From Acidobacteriaceae bacterium (GTDB lineage Bacteria > Acidobacteriota > Terriglobia > Terriglobales > Acidobacteriaceae): 64,000 bases of DNA. The notes beneath the pieces were generated by a model, which worked only from the letters and a program-made list of their open reading frames with translations, did not search any database and was not told the DNA's origin. The position numbers were made by a program, and so were the translations under genes. Below are positions 41,983 to 51,058 of this stretch, piece by piece. The stretch covers positions 2,337-66,336 of the forward strand of contig JBMFWD010000013.1 of NCBI GenBank assembly GCA_049965615.1, in the 5' to 3' direction. Positions within the stretch are counted from its first letter, which is position 1; each line of letters opens with the position of its first letter.

Positions 41983-43019
41983 TGGCCAATCCATACAAAA
42001 TCGCGATTGTTGGCGCCTCGTCCTTGCGAGGCAAGGAATTGAATGAAGCGCTTACGGAATCTCCGTTTGCCACTGCGGACTTTGTCCTGATGGACGATGA
42101 GGAGCAGATTGGTGCACTGGAGACGGTGGGCGACGAGATGACGTTTGTGCAGAGGATCGATCCGGCGGAGTTTGAGCGCGCGGATTTTGTGTTCTTTACC
42201 GACTCTGAGGAGTCGACCCATAAATACTGGAAGGCGGCGCAGAAGGCGGGCGCAAGCATTGTGGACATGACGGCTGGGATTGAACATGAGCCGGGTGTGC
42301 TGCTGCGTGCGCCATGGGTGCAGGATTCCGGTGAGACGGAGGGCGAAACTCCCGGTCTGGCGACGTCGGCGGTGGTTCCTGCGCATCCGGTAGCGGTGGC
42401 GGTAGGGATGCTGACGCAGCGGCTGGAGCTGCTGGGCGAGCTGCGGTGCGCGTCTGTGACGGTGCTGGAGCCGGCGTCAGAGTATGGGCGCGAGGCGATG
42501 GACGAACTGCATCAGCAGACGGTGAATCTGCTGAACTTCCAGACGCTTCCGAAGTCGATTTACGACACCCAGGTGGCATTTACTTCGACGCCGGTGTTTG
42601 GGGAAGCGGGGAAGTTCCGTTTGCCGGAACGGGAGGCGCGGATCCGGCGGCATTATGCGGCGCTGCGCGGTCAGGGGCGAGTGTTGCCATTGCAACTGGT
42701 GCATACGCCGGTGTTCCACGGATACGGGCTTTCGATGTCGGCAGAATTTGCGCAGCCGGTGGCGCTGGAGCATGTGGAAGCGGCGTTGCAGGGCGAACAC
42801 ATTGACGTGATCATGGGCGACGCAGATGCGCCGACGAACTTGAGTTCGGCGGGGCAGGGCGACGTGCTGGTGCGAGTGCGGACGGCGAGCGGCGCGGCGG
42901 AAAAGGCGACGCACTTCTGGATATGGGCGGCGCTGGACAACCTGCGCGTGGCGAGCCTGAACGCGGTGGCTTGCGCGATGGAGCTGAAGAAGCTGCGACC
43001 GCGCGGCAAGGTGCAGTAG
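41982..43019 (+). CDS. Aspartate-semialdehyde dehydrogenase-like protein lacking catalytic residues (USG-like)
   Basis: Asd fold cues (IVGAS..GKEL, ADFVFF, PVFHGY, WAALDNLR); no NPNC or GH motifs. Confidence 0.75.
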   Translation: MANPYKIAIVGASSLRGKELNEALTESPFATADFVLMDDEEQIGALETVGDEMTFVQRIDPAEFERADFVFFTDSEESTHKYWKAAQKAGASIVDMTAGIEHEPGVLLRAPWVQDSGETEGETPGLATSAVVPAHPVAVAVGMLTQRLELLGELRCASVTVLEPASEYGREAMDELHQQTVNLLNFQTLPKSIYDTQVAFTSTPVFGEAGKFRLPEREARIRRHYAALRGQGRVLPLQLVHTPVFHGYGLSMSAEFAQPVALEHVEAALQGEHIDVIMGDADAPTNLSSAGQGDVLVRVRTASGAAEKATHFWIWAALDNLRVASLNAVACAMELKKLRPRGKVQ

Positions 43020-43062
43020 TCCGGATTGATTGGGCTGCGAATAAAGTGATTAAGTTAGTTGC

Positions 43063-43569
43063 TTATTGCGCGACCGGCGCGCTCAGGCGGAATTCCTGAT
43101 CATTTTTGCCGAGTTCGAGGCAGATGGCTTCGACGACTAGCTCATGATCGTCGCGCTGTGGCAGGCCGGAGACGGTGATGCAGCCGATGATGCCTGCTCC
43201 CTTGACGCGAATGGGGAAGCAGCCGCCGTGGGTGGCGTAGTCGATGGTGGGGAGTCCCTGTTTTTCTTCGAGCGATGAGTTGGAGCGGGCGAGTTCGCGG
43301 CCGATGGCGTAGGAGCTGCGGTGGAAGCGCGCGACAACGTTGACTTTGCGGCGGATCCATTCGGCCTGGTCGGGGACTGCGCCGGGAAGAGCGCAGAAGA
43401 AGAGCTGCTGGCCGAAGCGGCGGACGTCGATGGCGAGACCGTGACCGCGCTCGATGGCGAGGGAGCGGAGACGGGAGCCGAGGTTCCAGGCAGTGGTTTC
43501 GTCGAAGGTTTCGAAGACGAGTTCGGTTTCCTGACGGGCGATGGCGGCGAGATCGTCGTGGGTATTCAT
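43063..43569 (-). CDS. UPF0303/GlcG-HbpS-like heme-binding domain protein
   Basis: WIRRKVNVVARFHRSS, YATHGGCFPI, VSGLPQRDDH. Confidence 0.85.
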   Translation of the reverse strand: MNTHDDLAAIARQETELVFETFDETTAWNLGSRLRSLAIERGHGLAIDVRRFGQQLFFCALPGAVPDQAEWIRRKVNVVARFHRSSYAIGRELARSNSSLEEKQGLPTIDYATHGGCFPIRVKGAGIIGCITVSGLPQRDDHELVVEAICLELGKNDQEFRLSAPVAQ

Positions 43570-43661
43570 GGGCGGAACGTTTTACTCCGTGGGTGAAGGG
43601 GCATTATGGTTTCAGTTGCAGGGTAGCTCAAGACAATCGAATCGTCGATGGAGGGGGAGCG

Positions 43662-45401
43662 ATGCGGAGTGGCGTGAGGCGCAGGGATTTTTTGAAGATT
43701 TCGGGTACGGCGGCTCTGGCAGCGGCGTCGGCGATGACCGGCTGCGCGTTTCCGGTGCCGGCGGAGGAGCGGAGCGCGCCGGTTCGTATGAGCCAGGTGG
43801 GTTTTTTGCCGGGTGCGTACAAGGTGGCGACGGTGCAGTGGCCGGAGGGCTCGCGGGAGGCGGCGAGAAAGTTTGCGGTGCATCGGATGGGCGGCGGCAA
43901 GGTGCTGGAGGGTGCGCTGAGCATGCCGGGGGCGGATGCAATTTCCGGCGACCGCGTGCAGATTGCGGATTTTTCCGCAGTGCGGGAGACGGGGAAATAC
44001 CGGCTGGAGGTAGAGCATGGGCAGCCGGTGGAGTTTGCAGTTGGCGCGGATGGATACCGGCATGCGCTGTGGGCGACGGTGCGCGGCTATTACGGCCAGC
44101 GGTGCGGTTGCCATGTGGATATGGGCGGTGGATATGCGCATCCGCCGTGCCATTTGCATGCAGCGTTTGATGCGAGCTCAGGCAGGGTGGGCCGGGTTGT
44201 GAATCATGGCGGATGGCATGATGCGGGGGATTACGGGCGGTACGTGGTGAACTCGGGGATCAGCACGGGGACGCTGCTGTGGGCGTGGGAGCTGTATGGG
44301 GGAGTTTTACACCCGTTACGGTTACAGATTCCGGAGTCGGGCGGAGCGGTGCCGGATTTTCTTGCCGAGGTGCGCTGGAATCTGAACTGGATGCTTTCGA
44401 TGCAGGATGTGGATGGCGGCGTTTGGCACAAGATGACGAGCCGTGATTTTTGCGAATTGGTGATGCCGCAGGATGATCCGCTGGAAATTTATGTGATCGG
44501 GTCTGGCGAGCCGCCGTACAAGGTGACGACGGCGACGGCGGACTTTACGGCGGTGATGGCGATTGCGGCGAGAGTGTATCGGGAGTATGACGCGAAGTTC
44601 GCCGAGCGTTGCCTGAAGGCGGCGGAGCGGGGGTGGATGTGGGCGATGGCGCATCCGGATGCGCTGTTTGTGGAGAATCCGAAGGGAATCTTCACGGGTG
44701 TCTATGGCGACCGGCATGACGACGATGAGTTGAAATGGGCCAGTGCCGAGTTGTGGCGTACCACGGGCGAGGCGCGATATGAAGACGCTTTGCTGAAGCA
44801 GATGCGTGCGGTGCCGAATATCGAAGCGCCGGGCTGGGAAGATGTGGAGTCGATGGCGTGGTGGACCTATGTGCTCGCGGAGCGGGACGGCAAGCCGCGG
44901 GTGGTAGAGCAGATCAAGAAGGCGACGCTGGTGGCGGCAGATGCGCTGGTGGCGCGGAGCCGTGAGAATGGCTACGGGCATACGCTGGAGGCCGAGGATT
45001 ATGTATGGGGATCGAATGGCGTGGCGGGGAACCAGGGACTGCTGCTGCTGATTGCGGATCAGTTTGATCGGCAGGGGAAGTATCGTGAAGCGGCGTTGGC
45101 GAATGTGAATTATCTGCTGGGGCGTAATTGCTTTGGGGTGTCGTGGGTTACGCAGGTAGGGACGAAGCCGTTTCAGCATCCGCATCATAATCCCAGTCTT
45201 GCGGACGGAATTGCCGCGCCGTGGCCGGGGCTGCTTTCGGGCGGGCCGAACCGTCATCCAGCGGATCCGGTGGGAAAGCGGATGAAGCGTGAGGCACCGA
45301 TGCGGATGTGGGTGGACAATTGGGAGGCTTACAGCCTGAACGAGATTGCGATCAACTGGAATGCTCCGCTGGTGTTTGTGCTGGCGGGTGCGCTGGTTTG
45401 A
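43662..45401 (+). CDS. Glycoside hydrolase family 9 with Ig-like N-domain, Tat signal
   Basis: RRRDFLK Tat motif; GGWHDAGDYG; HPHH; NEIAINWNA; start set at MRSGVRRR. Confidence 0.9.
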   Translation: MRSGVRRRDFLKISGTAALAAASAMTGCAFPVPAEERSAPVRMSQVGFLPGAYKVATVQWPEGSREAARKFAVHRMGGGKVLEGALSMPGADAISGDRVQIADFSAVRETGKYRLEVEHGQPVEFAVGADGYRHALWATVRGYYGQRCGCHVDMGGGYAHPPCHLHAAFDASSGRVGRVVNHGGWHDAGDYGRYVVNSGISTGTLLWAWELYGGVLHPLRLQIPESGGAVPDFLAEVRWNLNWMLSMQDVDGGVWHKMTSRDFCELVMPQDDPLEIYVIGSGEPPYKVTTATADFTAVMAIAARVYREYDAKFAERCLKAAERGWMWAMAHPDALFVENPKGIFTGVYGDRHDDDELKWASAELWRTTGEARYEDALLKQMRAVPNIEAPGWEDVESMAWWTYVLAERDGKPRVVEQIKKATLVAADALVARSRENGYGHTLEAEDYVWGSNGVAGNQGLLLLIADQFDRQGKYREAALANVNYLLGRNCFGVSWVTQVGTKPFQHPHHNPSLADGIAAPWPGLLSGGPNRHPADPVGKRMKREAPMRMWVDNWEAYSLNEIAINWNAPLVFVLAGALV

Positions 45402-45410
45402 GTTTTCAAG

Positions 45411-45450
45411 AGAAAAGCGAAGAGGCGCTCTGATGAGCGCCTCTGTTGCT
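45411..45450. terminator. Hairpin terminator between convergent GH9 and fabI
   Basis: AGAGGCGCTC-TGAT-GAGCGCCTCT perfect 10-bp stem, with an A-tract on the left. Confidence 0.75.
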
Positions 45451-45469
45451 GTTGGATGGGATTGCGGGA

Positions 45470-46234
45470 TCAGGCCATGATGTTGAAGCCGCTGTCGACG
45501 TAGAGGGTTTCGCCGGTGATGCCGCTGGCGAGGTCGGACGCGAGGAAGGCGGCGGTGGCGCCGACCTCAGACTGCGTGGTGTTGCGATGCAGGGGTGCGC
45601 GTTCGGCGTGGGCCTTGAGCATTTCATTGAGGCCGCCGATGCCGCGGGCGGCGAGGGTCATGATGGGGCCGGCGGAGATGGCGTTGACGCGGATGTTGTG
45701 CGTGCCGAGGTCGGCGGCGAGGTAGCGGACGGTGGATTCCAATGCGGCCTTGGCGACGCCCATGACGTTGTAGTGGGGGCAGACTCTTTCTGCACCGTAG
45801 TAGGTGAGGGTGATGATGGAGCCGCCCTCGGTCATGAGTTTGGAAGCGGCGCGGGTGACGGCGATGAGCGAGTAGACGCTGACGTCGTGCGCGACGCGGA
45901 AGGCCTCACGTGAGGTGAGGACGAAGTCGTTTTTGAGGGCTTCGGCGGGGGCGTAGGCGACCGAGTGGACGAGGATTTGGAGCTTGCCGTAGCGCTCCTT
46001 GAGCTGGACGAAGAGCTTGTCGATTTCCTCGTCGCTGGAGACGTCGCACTGGAAGGCTTCTGCTCCGGGGAGTTCGTGGATGAGGCCTTCGGCTTCGGCG
46101 CGCATGCGTTCGTTCTGGTAGCTGATGGCGAGTTTTGCGCCAGCGGCGTGGAGCTGCTGGGCGATGCCCCAGGCGATGCTGCGCTTGTTGGCAAGTCCGA
46201 AGATTACGGCGACGCGGCCTTGAAGATCAATCAT
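45470..46234 (-). CDS. fabI: Enoyl-ACP reductase
   Basis: GLANKRSIAWGIA, YNVMGVAKAALES, ISAGPI. Confidence 0.95.
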   Translation of the reverse strand: MIDLQGRVAVIFGLANKRSIAWGIAQQLHAAGAKLAISYQNERMRAEAEGLIHELPGAEAFQCDVSSDEEIDKLFVQLKERYGKLQILVHSVAYAPAEALKNDFVLTSREAFRVAHDVSVYSLIAVTRAASKLMTEGGSIITLTYYGAERVCPHYNVMGVAKAALESTVRYLAADLGTHNIRVNAISAGPIMTLAARGIGGLNEMLKAHAERAPLHRNTTQSEVGATAAFLASDLASGITGETLYVDSGFNIMA

Positions 46235-46280
46235 GGAGACTCCTTACTTTCACCATTCGAAAGGATAACAGCAATGAGAA

Positions 46281-47114
46281 TCAAGCCCTGGTGGAGGATT
46301 CGAGGTCGATGAGTTCGACCTGATGGATGGCATGGCCGAGGAAGCGGCTGCCGAGGTGGCGGAATTTTTCGGGCGAGTCTGTTGCGAAAAAGCGCGGCGG
46401 TGGTGGCGGAGCGGAGGCGGCGGGAAGATGGACGGCGGCGGCGACCTGCGCGGCTGTGACTTCCGCAGAGTCGATGACGTGGATGGACTGAGGAAGCGCG
46501 GCTTCGATTTGCTGGCGGAGGAGCGGGTAGTGCGTGCAGCCGAGGAGGAGGGTGTCCGGATGGAGCGCGGCTTCGCGGGCCTGGGCGAGCAGCTCAGAGA
46601 AGTAGATGTGGAGGACTTCGCGGGTGACGGGGTGGTCGATCCAGCCTTCTTCGACGAGGGGGACAAGCAGGGGGCAGGCCTTTTCGATGGCGCGGAGGCC
46701 GCGTTCGGTGCAGGCGGCGGAGTAGGCATGGCTTTCGACGGTGGCGGCGGTGGCGATGACCATGACGTCGCCGGAGTGGGAGTGGGCTTTTGCGGCGTTG
46801 GCGCCGGTTTCGACGACGCCGAGGACGGGAACCGGGGCTGCGGCACGGATGTCGTCGAGGGCGAGCGCGGAGGCCGTGTTGCAGGCGATTACGAGGTATT
46901 GCGCGCCCTGGGCGAGAAGGAATTCTGCCGCGGAGACGGCGTAGCGGGCGATAGTCTGGCGGGATTTTGCGCCGTAGGGGAGGCGTGCGGTGTCGCCGAG
47001 GTAGAGAAATTCCGCGGAGGGAATGTGACGGAGGAGGGCCTGGAGGACGGTGAGTCCGCCGAAGCCAGAGTCGAAGACGCCGATGCGAGCTGGTTGCGAG
47101 AGTGATTGAGACAT
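46281..47114 (-). CDS. murI: Glutamate racemase
   Basis: FDSGFGGLTV, VIACNTAS, LGCTHYP. Confidence 0.96.
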   Translation of the reverse strand: MSQSLSQPARIGVFDSGFGGLTVLQALLRHIPSAEFLYLGDTARLPYGAKSRQTIARYAVSAAEFLLAQGAQYLVIACNTASALALDDIRAAAPVPVLGVVETGANAAKAHSHSGDVMVIATAATVESHAYSAACTERGLRAIEKACPLLVPLVEEGWIDHPVTREVLHIYFSELLAQAREAALHPDTLLLGCTHYPLLRQQIEAALPQSIHVIDSAEVTAAQVAAAVHLPAASAPPPPPRFFATDSPEKFRHLGSRFLGHAIHQVELIDLESSTRA

Positions 47115-47118
47115 GCAG

Positions 47119-47769
47119 TTATGATTTTGGACCGGAAGGGGTGTTTTGTGCCAAGTAGGTGCGTGAGAGGTCGGCGTGGCCGGCGAGGGTTGCGCGGGGC
47201 CGGCCGTTGACGAGGAAGCGGACCTGGGTGATGGCTGGGATGTTGGCGTGGAGGGTCTGGATGATGGCGAGGAGGGTGAGGGTTTCGGGTTCGATGCCGG
47301 AGGGCTGGGCCTGCGGGAAGGCAGCGTTGAGGTTGACGACGGCGAGCTGCTGGCCGGGCTGGTTGGGGACGGGCAGGAGGAAGACGCTGTCTACATCTGC
47401 GGATGAAGGGTCCGCGGGTGACTGGCCGGCTGGGGAGTGGATGAGGTGAGGGGAGTCTGGGGTGCGCCAGGCGGCGATGAGCTGATGGATGAGGGTCCGG
47501 GCGCGGGCGGATTCGTCCTGCGGCAGGGCCAGGGTTTGGGTGATGGGGTTGAGCTGGCCGGTTTTGTCGTCAGGCATGAGGAGGGTTGCGGTGACGAGGG
47601 GTTCGTCTGGCGTTTGCGCGAGTGGAACGCTGCTGGTGAGAGGAGCTTCGAGTCGTTCGTGGGCCTGATGGCGCAGGTGGATGAGAAAGGCGGCCATGGC
47701 GGTGCAGGCAAGGACCATGAGCAGGAGGAGGGTTTGGCCGAGGCGGGAGGGCCAGTTACGGAAGGTCAT
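47119..47769 (-). CDS. GerMN domain protein, N-terminal TM anchor
   Basis: AVVNL..SGIEPETLTLLAIIQTL..ITQVRFLVNG..TLAGH; start set at MTFRNW. Confidence 0.8.
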   Translation of the reverse strand: MTFRNWPSRLGQTLLLLMVLACTAMAAFLIHLRHQAHERLEAPLTSSVPLAQTPDEPLVTATLLMPDDKTGQLNPITQTLALPQDESARARTLIHQLIAAWRTPDSPHLIHSPAGQSPADPSSADVDSVFLLPVPNQPGQQLAVVNLNAAFPQAQPSGIEPETLTLLAIIQTLHANIPAITQVRFLVNGRPRATLAGHADLSRTYLAQNTPSGPKS

Positions 47770-48593
47770 GGGTGGCGGCTCCAGTCCTGCTGCCACTGGA
47801 GGATGCCGGCGAGGATGGCGTTGAGGACGGCGGCCTGGTAGGCGGGGTCGTCGACGGATTTTGCGCTGGCCATGCCGCTGGAGGGTTTGGGAGCGAGTTC
47901 GATGGCGATGGCCGGGCAAGTGAGGTTGTCGAGGGGCTGGAGGAAGGTGCGTCCGACGACAGTGGGGATGCGGGTGTGATCGAAGGCGGCGTCAATGTCA
48001 GAAGAGAGGCGGATGCTCTGGTGGATGTAGGCGGACTGCGCGGTGTCCCATGCGGGCGCTGCGGTGGGCGGCCCGGGCGCGAGCGATGAGGTGAAGAGGT
48101 GGATTCCGACTCCGGTGGCGGTGGCGTGGAGGAGGACGCAGGCGGCGGCGTGCGCGTGGTTGGCGATGCCGGCGCGGGTGGCCATGGGGATGTTGGTATC
48201 ACCGGTGCGTGTGATGACGGTGGCGATGCCGTGGGCGGCGAGCAGGGAGCGGAGGCGCAGGGCGAGAGTGAGGGTGACGGATTTTTCGTTGAGTGTGGGA
48301 GAGAGTTGCGCGCCGAGGTCTGAGCCGCCGTGGGCTGCGTCGACGACGACGGTGAAGTTTGTGGATTGGGGCGGGCGACTGGAAATATTTACATGCTGAG
48401 CGGGGGCCGCAGCGGCAAAAACGAGGCAGGTGCAGAGGGCTGCGAGGCAGGAGATGGGTGCGAGCGAGATGCGCGGCCGGCCGGGCGAGGAATCGGGAGG
48501 GAGACATCCTTGCTGGAGGCAGGGACGTCCAAAAGTTGCGACGATCGAGTTGCGATGCCTGTTGCGAGGGATGATCGCGCTCCGAGGGGGCAT
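47766..48593 (-). CDS. N-acetylmuramoyl-L-alanine amidase (Amidase_3)
   Basis: VVVDAAHGG, NEKSVTL, TRTGD, LLHAT, AIEL (H/E/H/E retained); start uncertain. Confidence 0.85.
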   Translation of the reverse strand: MPPRSAIIPRNRHRNSIVATFGRPCLQQGCLPPDSSPGRPRISLAPISCLAALCTCLVFAAAAPAQHVNISSRPPQSTNFTVVVDAAHGGSDLGAQLSPTLNEKSVTLTLALRLRSLLAAHGIATVITRTGDTNIPMATRAGIANHAHAAACVLLHATATGVGIHLFTSSLAPGPPTAAPAWDTAQSAYIHQSIRLSSDIDAAFDHTRIPTVVGRTFLQPLDNLTCPAIAIELAPKPSSGMASAKSVDDPAYQAAVLNAILAGILQWQQDWSRHP

Positions 48594-48825
48594 ATTTGAT
48601 GGGATGAAGCGTTGTACGAGGCGATTGTAACGCAGCGGGGACGGGCTTTTGCGGGGATGCATGGGGCGGAAGACGGATGTGCGGGCGGGGAATGGCGAAG
48701 TCGGCAACTGGATTGCAACTGCAAGACTTAGAAGCGATTGGCGTAAAGTGAAAAAGAACCAGCGTGAAACGCGCAAATGGGCGGGGCCATTGAGACGATT
48801 GATGCCGGACAGAGTGCGAGCGAAG

Positions 48826-50007
48826 ATGCGAATTTACCGACGGATGAGTTTTGTGCCGGCGCTGGTGGTTTTCTGCGCCGTGGGGCTGGGGTGGTCGCAG
48901 TCGCTGGTGGACACGCAGACGACGCCGCAGACGCAGGGCCAGACAACGTCGCAAGCAGAGCCTTCTGCGCCGGGTCAGGGGCCGGTGTTGCAGAATCCGA
49001 CGGAGCCGGAGACACAGCCGAGCCTGAAGGTGGACCGTGACCCGGTGCTTTCTCCGGATATTGAGGACGACCAGCCGGTGAGCCCGACGATACCGCTGAG
49101 CCAGAATCGGGCGAACCAGATCCAGAAACTGCGGGGCGGCGTGTTCACGATGCGGCAGAACGTGGACGAGGTGGTGCTGAACTGCACGGTGGTGGATTCG
49201 CGGGGACGGCTGGTAACCGATTTGACGCGGAACGACTTCAAGGTGTGGGAAGACAACGCTCCGCAGACGATCAGCTTTTTTCAGCATGCGGACGTGCCGG
49301 TTTCGATGGGAATCCTGGTGGATAACTCGGGATCGATGCGGGACAAACTGCCGGCGGTTCGGGAAGCGGCGCTGGACCTTGTGCGGGCTTCGAATCCAAA
49401 TGATGAGGCGTTTATCGTGAATTTTTCCGATGAAGCGTATCTGGATCAGGGGTTTACTTCTGACATTTCCAGGATGGAGGCCGCGTTGTCGCACATTGAC
49501 GCCAGGGGCGGGACGGCGCTGTACGACGCGGTAGTGGCGTCGGCGGATGAGCTTGCGAAGCATGCCAAAAATTCGAAGCAGGTGCTGTTGATTATCACGG
49601 ACGGGGAAGATGATGCATCGACGCTGAATCTGCAGCAGGCGATTCGGCGGGTGCAGGATTTGCATGGGCCGGAGATTTACGCGATTGGCCTGCTTTATAA
49701 CGATTCGGGGGAAGAGGCGCGGACAGCGCGCAAGGCGCTGGAGGCGTTGACCGCGGAGACGGGCGGGCTGGCTTATTTCCCGCGCTCCTTGCGGGATGTG
49801 GACGAGATTGCGGAAGAGGTTGCGACGGATATTCGGAATCAGTATTCGATTGGGTATCACCCGACGAAGCCGTTCAGGATGGGTGGATTCCGGACGGTTC
49901 GGGTGGAGGCTTCGGCTCCGGGGCATGGGCGGCTGACGGTGCGGACTCGCACGGGCTACTATGCGACGGTTTCGGCTGCGCACAAGGCGAATGTGCATCA
50001 GAGATAG
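48826..50007 (+). CDS. VWA domain protein (acidobacterial VWFA-related type)
   Basis: Signal peptide; VVLNCTVVD; DNSGS MIDAS; TALYDAV; IITDGED; QYSIGYHP; start uncertain. Confidence 0.88.
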   Translation: MRIYRRMSFVPALVVFCAVGLGWSQSLVDTQTTPQTQGQTTSQAEPSAPGQGPVLQNPTEPETQPSLKVDRDPVLSPDIEDDQPVSPTIPLSQNRANQIQKLRGGVFTMRQNVDEVVLNCTVVDSRGRLVTDLTRNDFKVWEDNAPQTISFFQHADVPVSMGILVDNSGSMRDKLPAVREAALDLVRASNPNDEAFIVNFSDEAYLDQGFTSDISRMEAALSHIDARGGTALYDAVVASADELAKHAKNSKQVLLIITDGEDDASTLNLQQAIRRVQDLHGPEIYAIGLLYNDSGEEARTARKALEALTAETGGLAYFPRSLRDVDEIAEEVATDIRNQYSIGYHPTKPFRMGGFRTVRVEASAPGHGRLTVRTRTGYYATVSAAHKANVHQR

Positions 50008-50075
50008 CGAACAGGCCCGACACAGGTTTGACTCTTCCTGCTACACTAGGCAGTTTTGAAATGGAGCCTATGTGC

Positions 50076-51011
50076 ATGAATGAGAAGCTGCGTGTTGCGA
50101 CGAGCGTTACAGACCTGATTGGATGCACTCCTTTGCTGCAGATTGGCAGGCTGGCAGGGCCTGATGCGGCAGAGGTGTTTGCGAAGCTGGAGTTCCTGAA
50201 TCCGGGCGGGAGCATCAAGGACCGCGCCGCGCTGGGGATGATTCTGGATGCGGAGCGGCAGGGGAAACTGCATCGCGGCTCCACGATTGTGGAGGCTACG
50301 GCGGGGAACACGGGCGTGGGGCTGGCGCTGGTGGGCGTGAATCGCGGGTATCGCGTGGTGTTGTTTGTCCCGGAGGGATTTGCGGAGGAGAAGTGCATCC
50401 TGATGCGGGGCTTTGGCGCGGAGGTGCATCGGACGCCGTTGGCGGAGGGCATGGCAGGTGCGATTCGACGAGCGCAGGCGCTGGCGGCGGATGATCCGAA
50501 TGTGTTTGCGGCGCTGCAGTTTGAGAATCGGGCGAACCCGGATTTTCACCACGATACGACGGCGACGGAGTTGTGGGAACAGATGGAGGGCCGCGTGGAT
50601 GGGTTTGTGGCGGGCGTGGGCACGGGCGGAACATTTGCCGGGATTGCACGTTACTTGAAGGAGAAGAATCCGAAGGTGCACACGATTGCGGTGGAGACGG
50701 AGGGTTCGATTCTGCAGGGCGGCCAGCCGGGGCCGCACAAGGTGGAGGGTATAGGAGTACATTTTGTTCCGCAGACCTTCGACTATGACGTGGCGGATGA
50801 AATTGTAGCCGTGACGGATACAGATGCGTTTGCGATGGTGAAGCGGATGGCCAGCGAGGAGGGCTTGCTGGGCGGATCGAGCGCGGGCGCGATGATGCAT
50901 GCGGCGGTGGAGCTGGCGAAGCGACTGGGCCCGGGCAAGCGGGTGGCGACGATTGTGCCGGATTCGGCGGAGCGGTATTTGTCAAAGGAAATATTTAACG
51001 GCGGAATTTAG
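50076..51011 (+). CDS. PLP-dependent cysteine synthase family (MccA-like cystathionine beta-synthase)
   Basis: KLEFLNPGGSIKDR, TAGNTG, GVGTGGT, HKVEGIG; paired with an MccB-like gene. Confidence 0.88.
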   Translation: MNEKLRVATSVTDLIGCTPLLQIGRLAGPDAAEVFAKLEFLNPGGSIKDRAALGMILDAERQGKLHRGSTIVEATAGNTGVGLALVGVNRGYRVVLFVPEGFAEEKCILMRGFGAEVHRTPLAEGMAGAIRRAQALAADDPNVFAALQFENRANPDFHHDTTATELWEQMEGRVDGFVAGVGTGGTFAGIARYLKEKNPKVHTIAVETEGSILQGGQPGPHKVEGIGVHFVPQTFDYDVADEIVAVTDTDAFAMVKRMASEEGLLGGSSAGAMMHAAVELAKRLGPGKRVATIVPDSAERYLSKEIFNGGI

Positions 51012-51058
51012 AACCTGAGCGGCGGTTGCGCCGGGGAATGCAGAGTGGAGGAGATGCG

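Noticed and set aside
50008-50075. SAM-I/S-box or T-box before the mccAB-like genes
   Set aside because: The leader is too short and has no recognisable core motifs
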